The notes beneath the pieces are model-generated. The model saw only the letters and a program-made list of their open reading frames with translations. It was not told where the DNA came from and made no database searches. A program made the position numbers and the translations under genes. 64,000 nucleotides of DNA from Bacillota bacterium (GTDB lineage: Bacteria > Bacillota > UBA994 > UBA5500): assembly GCA_012735505.1 (NCBI GenBank), contig JAAYHE010000029.1:1988-65987 (forward strand). Direction: 5' to 3'. Below, in pieces: positions 34,536-42,388 of the stretch; within the stretch, counting starts at the first letter, position 1; every line of letters begins with the position of its first letter.

Positions 34536-35888
34536 GTGAACATATGGCGTGGGGCAGACATCGCTCAAATATTTGGTGTAGAAGATGAGGGGTTAGTGCA
34601 AAATGGAGTGTTTTGTTTAAGCACTCCTTTCGGGCCGGCCGCACCTTCCGTCTATCGGGGTGATGTACGTTTCCTACAGTGGTTAGGGGCTGAGCTGCCC
34701 AGCATTACCACTAGGCTGGGGCGCCTAGGATTAAGTCGACTGTTACCTACGCCTGCAGGCCAATATTATGCCAATCTAGGTGGTGAATATGTGCTGCTGG
34801 CAACACTAGAGACGGGGCCGATTTGCGATGTCCATAACGCCTTTGAATTATTTACCGTCTCTGTTGGCCTAGCCCATGTCCATGCACAAGATGTGGGGGG
34901 AATAACGAGCAGTTCTCCTGATTGGTCAACTTATTATCAGGCTCAACGCGATAAGTTAGAACAAATAAGGCCGCCAGATCTATCTAGGCGAGCGCGGGCT
35001 GCCTGGGCTTTGTTGGAGGAGAGTTGGCAGCTTTGTATCGACGAAGCAGTGAGTCTGCTGGCAGATATACCTCGCGAAGCACGTGCGACTTGTTTAACCT
35101 TGGGGTTGAAAAGCTTCAGTGATTTTATTTATTTACCTGATTTACACCGAGTGCATTATAACCCGATTGCTAATTGCCGCCTGGATTCACCTGCCGTTGA
35201 CATCGCGCGTCTGTTGCTATCTGCTTCTGGCGATGTGCGTGTGATACATAACATGTTGTTATCGTACCAGCGGGTGAGGGAAATACCACCGGTGGAAGGG
35301 CAAGAAATATTGGCGCACCTTTGGTTCCCCCATGAAATAGATCTGCAAGTATTAGGAGAGCAAGGAGCAAATACGCTAAGCGTGCAGCGGCATTATAATC
35401 TTTTGCGAGATAAGATCGCGATGATAGCCGAAGTGGAAGATTTACTCTCACCCTTTGAACAAGGGGAAAATAATGAAGAGGAAACGGAGGTGCTGTCGAT
35501 GGCTAAAAGACAATCGAGGGAAGCGAGGACGAACCCGGTGACCTTAACTACGGCAGGAGAGGAAGACAATATTTTAACGCAAGAGCAAGTAGAATTGGTG
35601 GAACCGGCTGGGGACGGCGAGCCAGTAAATGTTAGTCAACCGCAAGAGGTGCCTGAACCCGCGCCAGAAGTGGCAGAGGAGGAAACAGTGCCACGTATCA
35701 ACCTAGAGGCGAAAAGAGAGGTAAAACCTATAGTCTGGGGTCCTTTCCCTAAACCTTTGGGAGCCGCCGATGACGAGGATGACGAGGAAGATAACATTGC
35801 AGTTGAACAAGAACCATTATCTGAGGAAGTAAGCTCGGAAGAACCAGATGCCTCAATAGAAACGGAGCCTCAACCAGATATTTGTTAA
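34536..35888 (+). CDS. CotS/kinase-fold-like spore coat protein candidate with a roughly 150-aa poly-acidic C-terminal tail
   Basis: The N-terminal roughly 300 aa are globular with a degenerate phosphotransferase-like segment (IYLPDLHRVHYNPIANC...VDIARLL). The C-terminus is low-complexity, rich in E/D/P (DDEDDEEDNIAVEQEPLSEEVSSEEPD...). GTG start after AAGGAG. Confidence 0.35.
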   Translation: MNIWRGADIAQIFGVEDEGLVQNGVFCLSTPFGPAAPSVYRGDVRFLQWLGAELPSITTRLGRLGLSRLLPTPAGQYYANLGGEYVLLATLETGPICDVHNAFELFTVSVGLAHVHAQDVGGITSSSPDWSTYYQAQRDKLEQIRPPDLSRRARAAWALLEESWQLCIDEAVSLLADIPREARATCLTLGLKSFSDFIYLPDLHRVHYNPIANCRLDSPAVDIARLLLSASGDVRVIHNMLLSYQRVREIPPVEGQEILAHLWFPHEIDLQVLGEQGANTLSVQRHYNLLRDKIAMIAEVEDLLSPFEQGENNEEETEVLSMAKRQSREARTNPVTLTTAGEEDNILTQEQVELVEPAGDGEPVNVSQPQEVPEPAPEVAEEETVPRINLEAKREVKPIVWGPFPKPLGAADDEDDEEDNIAVEQEPLSEEVSSEEPDASIETEPQPDIC

Positions 35889-35950
35889 TGGCTGCGTCGG
35901 CAAATGGGGCATACTAGTTATGTCACGTAGCTGTAAATCTAGCAGAAAGG

Positions 35951-36127
35951 ATGATGGTCGTGGCTCGAGGACGAGGCTTTATGTCCGACGAACTCAAGTA
36001 CCGACTGGCTGACGAGCTAGGTTTCGGGGATATAGTTCGCCAACATGGTTGGGGAGCTATCACTACCCGGGATGCAGGCAATCTGGTAAAGGCGGCTATC
36101 GCCAAGGCCCAGCAGATGATGCAATAA
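35951..36127 (+). CDS. ssp: alpha/beta-type small acid-soluble spore protein (SASP)
   Basis: Translation ...MSDELKYRLADELGFGDIVRQHGWGAITTRDAGNLVKAAIAKAQQMMQ follows the alpha/beta SASP pattern (KYEIAxEFGV...TSRxNG...KRLVxxAQQ). Three alternative in-frame starts exist (35951, GTG 35960, ATG 35981). Below the ORF-track cutoff. Confidence 0.5.
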   Translation: MMVVARGRGFMSDELKYRLADELGFGDIVRQHGWGAITTRDAGNLVKAAIAKAQQMMQ

Positions 36128-36143
36128 CAGCTATAGTGACAGA

Positions 36144-36175
36144 GGGCTGTCTCCGTCAGGAGCAGCCCTTATTTT
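36144..36175 (+). terminator. rho-independent terminator after the SASP gene
   Basis: A gggctgtctcc / ggagcagccc stem followed by TTATTTT. Confidence 0.5.
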
Positions 36176-36294
36176 ACTTCGCAGCAAAGTTGACAGGAGT
36201 ATATTACCGCAGCTAGCGCCAAACATGGTGCTGTAGGCAGTTACAGCTGCATAAACATAGAATAGCTCACTCTTGGTACCACCCTTATTTCAAC

Positions 36295-36323
36295 TTGACA
36301 CCCGAGGCCGTAATCTGTATGAA
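36295..36323 (+). promoter_or_regulatory. sigma-A-type promoter (TTGACA -35, 17 nt spacer, TATGAA -10) about 170 nt upstream of the small-peptide ORF
   Basis: Perfect -35 at 36295-36300 and a 5-of-6 -10 at 36318-36323. Confidence 0.4.
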
Positions 36324-36495
36324 TTGGCACATTCCGTTTGCTCGCGATTGGCAACAAGAGCACAGACCTCCCATTTGAAATTCTTCTGCATTTTCTTATC
36401 AGTAGGGCAGGAATACGCTAGGTAATTAGAGAATATGGCATTTAGTGAGTGAGGCTGACCTCTACAGCCTTGAGGTACCAGGGAGGTGAAAAAGC

Positions 36496-36573
36496 ATGTG
36501 GGATACCTATAATATCATTTTTGCCATTGTGGTCGTTGTAGTTGGCGTTGTCGCCTTAATGTCTTCTAAGTAG
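36496..36573 (+). CDS. 25-aa hydrophobic single-TM peptide (MWDTYNIIFAIVVVVVGVVALMSSK)
   Basis: A strong GGGAGGTG RBS lies 9 nt upstream and a clean terminator immediately downstream. It has its own promoter, and an anti-SD CCTCCC sits in its 5' leader. Confidence 0.4.
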   Translation: MWDTYNIIFAIVVVVVGVVALMSSK

Positions 36574-36608
36574 CTACAAAGACCTATAAGACACTTGGCT
36601 CTAGCTGA

Positions 36609-36644
36609 CCCATAACTAGGTGAAGTTATGGGCAGCTTTTTTTT
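36609..36644 (+). terminator. rho-independent terminator (cccataact/agttatggg + T8)
   Basis: A 9-bp stem with a 6-7 nt loop, followed by TTTTTTTT. Confidence 0.6.
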
Positions 36645-36885
36645 GCCCATTTTTAGGCTTACGCAGGTGGTGCATCCGTACGCTTGCACTGCTTGAACAG
36701 CCTTAGTTAGGCCTCGAGGCTTACCTGCTGCTGCCCCTTTAGGGCATTAGTCACATAAGTCAGTAGAATTTCTGAAAAAGCAGTGGGGAAAGAAGGAGTT
36801 GTTATGGCTGAAGCGAATATAATGTGGTGAAAAGTGGTGTATAGTGGGGATAAGTGGTGTAGTACCCAGCAAAGGGGGGAGGCAA

Positions 36886-37317
36886 GTGCTCCTAGGCGAG
36901 TATCAACATAGCGTTGATGAAAAGGGACGACTGACTATTCCCTCGCGTTTGCGAGAAGGTTTAGGCGAACGATTCGTGGTTACTAAGGGATTAGACAGTT
37001 GTCTCTTTGTCTACCCCCTAGCAGAGTGGAATGCTCTAGAAACTAAGTTAAGGGCTTTGCCCCTAACACGTCCCGAGGCCCGTTCTGTCGTTCGTTTGTT
37101 CTTCTCTGGCGCCATCGAGTGTGAGCTTGATCGCCAAGGTCGCATTTTATTGCCTCCCAATTTGCGTAGCCATGCTCGACTCGTAAAAGATGCATACATT
37201 ATTGGCGTATCTAATCGAGTAGAAATTTGGGATAAGGAAACATGGGAAGAATACAGTCAACAAGCTGCGGCTTCTTTCGAGCAAGCTGCTGCGCATCTGG
37301 ATGATCTAGGCATCTAG
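36886..37317 (+). CDS. mraZ: transcriptional regulator MraZ
   Basis: A GTG start (VLLGEYQHSVDEKGRLTIP) lies 6 nt after AAAGGGGGGAGG. It carries the tandem DxxGR swapped-hairpin repeats typical of MraZ. Confidence 0.85.
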   Translation: MLLGEYQHSVDEKGRLTIPSRLREGLGERFVVTKGLDSCLFVYPLAEWNALETKLRALPLTRPEARSVVRLFFSGAIECELDRQGRILLPPNLRSHARLVKDAYIIGVSNRVEIWDKETWEEYSQQAAASFEQAAAHLDDLGI

Positions 37318-37333
37318 CGAGAGAGGTGGCAAA

Positions 37334-38263
37334 ATGAGCTTTTCACATGAACCTGTATTACTGCAAGAAACTCTAGACCTATTGGAGCCACTACCCGGGG
37401 AAACCGTCGTAGACTGCACTTTAGGTGCTGGTGGACACACCATGGCCATGTGGCAACGCATGCAAGGCAAGGGACGACTGATTGCTATCGACCAAGACCC
37501 TGCTGCTATTGCCAACGCTAAGGCCACGCTGCCAACTGAAATTGTACTTGTGCATGACAACTTTCGCAATTTAAAATCCATCCTTCTATCATTAGGCGTT
37601 GACTATGCGCACCGGATACTTTTTGACCTCGGAGTATCATCGCCACAATTAGATATAGCTGAACGGGGCTTTAGTTATCAACAAGAGGCGGCACTCGATA
37701 TGCGCATGAACCCTGACAATAGCTTGACAGCTGCCCAATTAGTAAATGAATCGACGGAGGAAGAACTAGCACGCATCATCTGGGAATATGGAGAAGAACG
37801 CTGGGCAAAGCGCATAGCAGCCTTTGTGGTTAAGTATCGGCAAGAAAAGGGCCCAATCGAGACAACAGGTCAGTTGGTAGACATTATTAAGCGGGCCGTG
37901 CCAGCCGCTGCTCGCCAAAATGGACCTCATCCAGCCAAGCGCACCTTTCAGGCTTTACGTATCGCCGTTAATAATGAATTAGAGCTCTTGGCGCCTGCCT
38001 TGGAGATAGCGATTGATTCGTTAACACCGGGCGGGCGTGTAGCGGTTATTTCTTTTCATTCCTTAGAAGATCGTATCGTAAAACAGGTCTTCCGCAAACT
38101 GGCACAGGGTTGTACTTGCCCGCCCCGTTTACCTGTCTGTATTTGTGGGAAGGAGCCGAAGTTAAAAATCATAACGAAAAGACCGGTCACCCCGAGTAAA
38201 AGTGAAATAAAAAATAACCCTAGGGCCCGCAGCTCTAAACTGCGTGTAGCTGAGCGCTGCTAA
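37334..38263 (+). CDS. rsmH: 16S rRNA (cytosine1402-N4)-methyltransferase RsmH (MraW)
   Basis: SAM-binding motif VDCTLGAGGH. Full-length match to RsmH architecture. Confidence 0.9.
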   Translation: MSFSHEPVLLQETLDLLEPLPGETVVDCTLGAGGHTMAMWQRMQGKGRLIAIDQDPAAIANAKATLPTEIVLVHDNFRNLKSILLSLGVDYAHRILFDLGVSSPQLDIAERGFSYQQEAALDMRMNPDNSLTAAQLVNESTEEELARIIWEYGEERWAKRIAAFVVKYRQEKGPIETTGQLVDIIKRAVPAAARQNGPHPAKRTFQALRIAVNNELELLAPALEIAIDSLTPGGRVAVISFHSLEDRIVKQVFRKLAQGCTCPPRLPVCICGKEPKLKIITKRPVTPSKSEIKNNPRARSSKLRVAERC

Positions 38264-38293
38264 GGTTCTAGCTAAAAGGAGATGTGAATAACC

Positions 38294-38671
38294 TTGTTAG
38301 TAGCAAGACAGCCATTGTACCAACCGCAACCGCCACTACATACACCTAAGAAGAAAAGCCAACCCAAGAAAAAAATCGTCGGGGTCAGCGACGCCGAAAA
38401 GCGCTTAATCTTGATCAGTGTTCTCGTGGTGGCTTTAAGTAGTCTAGGTATGGTATGGCGATTCGCCAGCATTAATGACCTGCAGACTCGAGTTAATCAA
38501 CTCCAAAAGCAAGTAACGCTTTTAGAGAAGGAAAATGCCACTCTTACTATAGAGCAAAGGAGGCTAAGTTCTCCCAGGCAAATAGAAACCCGGGCCAACG
38601 CGGAGCTAGGCATGCAGTGGCCGGCACAGGAACAAATTGTTAACGTGTTGGGGGTAGCACCGGGGCATTAG
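38294..38671 (+). CDS. ftsL: cell division protein FtsL (septum formation initiator family)
   Basis: A small bitopic protein with a coiled coil (LQTRVNQLQKQVTLLEKENATL), in the canonical dcw position. Confidence 0.6.
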   Translation: MLVARQPLYQPQPPLHTPKKKSQPKKKIVGVSDAEKRLILISVLVVALSSLGMVWRFASINDLQTRVNQLQKQVTLLEKENATLTIEQRRLSSPRQIETRANAELGMQWPAQEQIVNVLGVAPGH

Positions 38672-38722
38672 CAATTTACAGCTCGCCGCAAGTTTCCGCG
38701 GCGGGCTGCTGTTTAAGGAGGC

Positions 38723-40828
38723 ATGCTGATGGGAACGACCATGCACGTCCGGCGCCGGGCAGCCTTTACCATGTCAGTATTGATGTTAGCTCTTTTTTGT
38801 CTAATCGGCAGATTGGCATGGATACAGATAGTGAAAGGGCCGGAATTGAGTGCTAAGGCTATTGCTCAATGGATGCGTGAAATCCCGGTTGAGCCTAAGC
38901 GGGGAATAATCTATGACCGCAATAACAATGAACTGGCTATCAGTGCTAGTGCAGACACAGTAGTGGCTTTACCAGCTCAAATTAAACCCGAGGAAGCTCC
39001 CGCGACGGCAGCTAAGCTGGCCGAGATCCTTAATATGGACGCGGATCGGGTGCTGGAGCTAATTACTAGAAAAAGAGCAGCTGTTTATGTGGCGCGCAAG
39101 GTAGATCCGGAAATAGCTAGGGCTATCCGCGAACTGGAGTTGCCCGGAATTACTTTTGCAGAAGAAAGCCGCCGTTACTACCCCTATGGTAACCTGGCAT
39201 CGCAAGTTATCGGCTTTGCCGGTATCGATAGCCAAGGTCTTTATGGTATTGAAGTAAAATATGACGAATATTTGCGGGGTAAATCAGGCTATCTACAATA
39301 TCCGACTGATAACCGGGGGCAAGAGATTCCTACCGGAACGCCTAGCTATATTCCTCCGCAAGATGGGTATAATGTTCACTTAACGATAGATCAAGTCATA
39401 CAACATATAGTAGAGCGCGAGCTGGATAACTTAATGGCAATGCATAACGCTGAATCTGCCACAGCAATCGTTATGGATCCTCATACCGGGGCCATTTTAG
39501 CCATGGCTAATCGCCCTGATTTTGACCCCAATGATTTTATGGCCGCAGTACGGGAAACCGGGTCCCAATCAGTTTGGCTTAATCAGGCAATCTCGGGAGG
39601 ATTCGAGCCTGGCTCTACCTTTAAGGTAATTACAGCTACAGCCGGGCTGGAGCAAGGCATAGTCAGCGAGGATTCGCTCTACTTTGATAAAGGATACGAG
39701 CTGGTGGCAGGGCATCGACTTCATTGTTGGAGGCGAACCGGGCATGGCCAGCAAACATTCTTAGAGGTAATGCAAAATTCCTGCAACCCTGGCTTTGTCG
39801 ACGTGGGGCTAAAACTAGGAGCTGACACCATGCTGGATTATGTAAAGAGATTTGGTTTCGGCCAAAAGACAGGGATTGACTTGCCGGGTGAAGCAGTAGG
39901 AGTTATGTTTAACAAGGTAGGCCCTGTAGAGTTAGCCACCATGTCCTTCGGGCAAGGTCCATCTGTGACACCAATCCAACAAGTGGTGGCAATGGCGGCA
40001 ATCGCTAATGGAGGCAAGTTAGTCAGGCCTTATGTGATGGAAAGCATACGAGATCTTGATGGAACAATTATTAAGCAAACTGAACCAGAAGTAGTACGTC
40101 AAGTAACATCTCCCGAGATTGCTGCCCGGATGCGAGCTATGCTAGAAAGTGTAGTAGCCGACGGCGGAGGTCGCAATGCATATATTCCTGGCTTCCGGGT
40201 TGCTGGTAAAACAGGCACGGCGCAGGTACCGAGGCCTGGCGGTGGCTATTATCCTAACAAATATATCGCATCTTTCAGTGGCTTTGCCCCTGCCGATGAT
40301 CCTAAAATAGCCGTTTTTGTTTCTATTCATGATCCTAAAGGTAAGTATGGTTATTATGGGGCTAACGTCGCTGGTCCTGCTTTCCGCAACATGGCTGAAG
40401 ACATATTATATTACCTGGATGTACAGCCGCAAACTGAAGCAACGAGCGTGCAAGCGCAATCGATTGTGGTGCCTGACCTGGTTGGGCAAAGCTCTGCCCA
40501 GGCATTGGAAAGCTTGCGGGACACAGGTCTCAATGTTCGCATAGATGGGCACGGTGCAAAAATCCTGGATCAAGCCCCGAAAGCTGGCGTGAAAGTGCCG
40601 CCAGGGTCTACCGTGATCGTGTTTATGGGAGAAAAGCCTCCTAGCGCGGGAGAACCGGTGGCAGTCCCAGATGTGGTAGGTTTATCTTTAAGAGATGCTA
40701 GTGTAAAACTATCGGCTGCGGGCCTGCAAATACAGGCAGTAGGGTCCGGTATAGCCACCAAACAGCAGCCTGCTCCGGATACGGTCATACCAGCCGGTAG
40801 TGTCGTAACCGTACATTTTAGCCCTTGA
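38723..40828 (+). CDS. spoVD: penicillin-binding protein (FtsI/SpoVD class B transpeptidase) with C-terminal PASTA domains
   Basis: PBP dimerisation domain plus a transpeptidase domain (STFK, SxN, KTG motifs). Two PASTA-like repeats at the C-terminus (VPDLVGQS..., VPDVVGLS...). Confidence 0.85.
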   Translation: MLMGTTMHVRRRAAFTMSVLMLALFCLIGRLAWIQIVKGPELSAKAIAQWMREIPVEPKRGIIYDRNNNELAISASADTVVALPAQIKPEEAPATAAKLAEILNMDADRVLELITRKRAAVYVARKVDPEIARAIRELELPGITFAEESRRYYPYGNLASQVIGFAGIDSQGLYGIEVKYDEYLRGKSGYLQYPTDNRGQEIPTGTPSYIPPQDGYNVHLTIDQVIQHIVERELDNLMAMHNAESATAIVMDPHTGAILAMANRPDFDPNDFMAAVRETGSQSVWLNQAISGGFEPGSTFKVITATAGLEQGIVSEDSLYFDKGYELVAGHRLHCWRRTGHGQQTFLEVMQNSCNPGFVDVGLKLGADTMLDYVKRFGFGQKTGIDLPGEAVGVMFNKVGPVELATMSFGQGPSVTPIQQVVAMAAIANGGKLVRPYVMESIRDLDGTIIKQTEPEVVRQVTSPEIAARMRAMLESVVADGGGRNAYIPGFRVAGKTGTAQVPRPGGGYYPNKYIASFSGFAPADDPKIAVFVSIHDPKGKYGYYGANVAGPAFRNMAEDILYYLDVQPQTEATSVQAQSIVVPDLVGQSSAQALESLRDTGLNVRIDGHGAKILDQAPKAGVKVPPGSTVIVFMGEKPPSAGEPVAVPDVVGLSLRDASVKLSAAGLQIQAVGSGIATKQQPAPDTVIPAGSVVTVHFSP

Positions 40829-40879
40829 TGTGTACTGTGGAGCTTAGAAGAAAACTTAATAGGCAAGGGGGCGACCAAA

Positions 40880-42388
40880 TTGCTGTTAGCAGAATTGGTT
40901 TCCGCCCTCGCGCCGTTACGTCTGTCTGGCTCGCTAGATAAGAAGATCACTGGTTTGGCCTATGATTCCCGTCTGGTGGAGCCTGGCAACCTCTTTGTTG
41001 CAATACCTGGTTTTAACCAAGATGGACATGAGTTTCTTGCTGAAGCTGCAGCCCGTGGAGCTGTGGCCGCCATTATCTCACGCGATATACCTGTGCCTGA
41101 GCAGCTAACTAGCATCTTGGTAACGGATTCGCGGAGGGCACTAGCCGCGTTAGCTGAAAAGTTTTTTGATTACCCGTCCCGGCAGTTACGACTGATAGGT
41201 GTTACTGGCACTAATGGCAAGACTACAACCACCTGGCTCATTGATAGCTTACTGAGAGCGGCTGGTTACCCGGTGGGGATTATAGGTACAGTTCTCGTGC
41301 GTATAGGAAACAGCAGCCAGCCTGCTGTTCGTACTACGCCCGAGTCGTTAGATTTGCAGCAGTTTCTGGCAAGAATGGTAGAGGCAGCTGCTTCTCATGC
41401 TGTCTTGGAAGTTTCATCGCACGCTTTGGCTTTAGACCGGGTGGCGGGATGCGAATTTGATGTGGCTGTGTTTACCAATCTGACGCAAGATCATCTAGAC
41501 CTACACGGGAATATGCAAGAATATTTGGCTGCTAAATCCCAGCTTTTTAGCCAGCTGTCTAACAACGGCAAGCCGCGAAAACTAGCAGTTATTAACCTAG
41601 ACGATGCTGCAGCCCCTTTTCTATTAGAGAAAACCCGGGTGCCGGCCTTGACCTATGGTATCAAGGAGCCAGCTAACCTGAGGGCGAAGGAGATCTCTAT
41701 TTCTGAGTCAGGTTCGCGTTTTCAAGTGTGGTTGCATAACGAGCCCCTAGGCTTCACTAGTGTTCCTACGCCTGGTTATTTTAGCGTCTACAACGCCTTA
41801 GCTGCTATTGCTGTTGCTATCCACGAAGGTGTCCCTTGGTCGCTGGTGCAAGAGCTATTACCTGCTACGCAAGCAGTACCAGGCCGCTTTCAGCCTATTC
41901 GCAAGGGGCAACCCTTTACTGTTATTATTGATTATGCCCACACGCCTGGTGGCTTAAAAAATGTCTTAGAAACGGCGCGCAGCTTTGTCGATGGACGTAT
42001 TATTGTTGTTTTCGGATGTGGAGGTGACCGCGATCGCGGTAAACGTGCACTCATGGGAAAAGTGGCTAGCCAGTTGGCCGACGTAATTATCCTTACCGCT
42101 GATAATCCACGTTCGGAAGACCCGACCCAGATTGCGGCAGATATTGCTAAAGGCATCGCGGCCGATAAAGACGTAACGATTATTCTTGATAGGGCTTTGG
42201 CCATCCAGAGAGCAATTGCTTTAGCGTGCCCCGGTGACGCCGTACTCGTGGTAGGAAAAGGACACGAAACGTATCAAATATTTGCTGAACGCATCATACA
42301 TTTTGATGATCGAGAGGTTGCTGAGCAAGCTTTGGAGGTAGCGATAAATGAAAAAATGGACTTTAGGAGAGGTAGCTCATCTAGCTGA
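40880..42388 (+). CDS. murE: UDP-N-acetylmuramoyl-L-alanyl-D-glutamate--2,6-diaminopimelate ligase MurE
   Basis: Mur ligase motifs GVTGTNGKTTT and DNPR. The DAP-specific region is present. Confidence 0.85.
   Translation: MLLAELVSALAPLRLSGSLDKKITGLAYDSRLVEPGNLFVAIPGFNQDGHEFLAEAAARGAVAAIISRDIPVPEQLTSILVTDSRRALAALAEKFFDYPSRQLRLIGVTGTNGKTTTTWLIDSLLRAAGYPVGIIGTVLVRIGNSSQPAVRTTPESLDLQQFLARMVEAAASHAVLEVSSHALALDRVAGCEFDVAVFTNLTQDHLDLHGNMQEYLAAKSQLFSQLSNNGKPRKLAVINLDDAAAPFLLEKTRVPALTYGIKEPANLRAKEISISESGSRFQVWLHNEPLGFTSVPTPGYFSVYNALAAIAVAIHEGVPWSLVQELLPATQAVPGRFQPIRKGQPFTVIIDYAHTPGGLKNVLETARSFVDGRIIVVFGCGGDRDRGKRALMGKVASQLADVIILTADNPRSEDPTQIAADIAKGIAADKDVTIILDRALAIQRAIALACPGDAVLVVGKGHETYQIFAERIIHFDDREVAEQALEVAINEKMDFRRGSSSS

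Noticed and set aside
35923-36105. 60-aa minus-strand ORF in the track
   Set aside because: It is antisense to the much better supported alpha/beta SASP reading frame and has no RBS.
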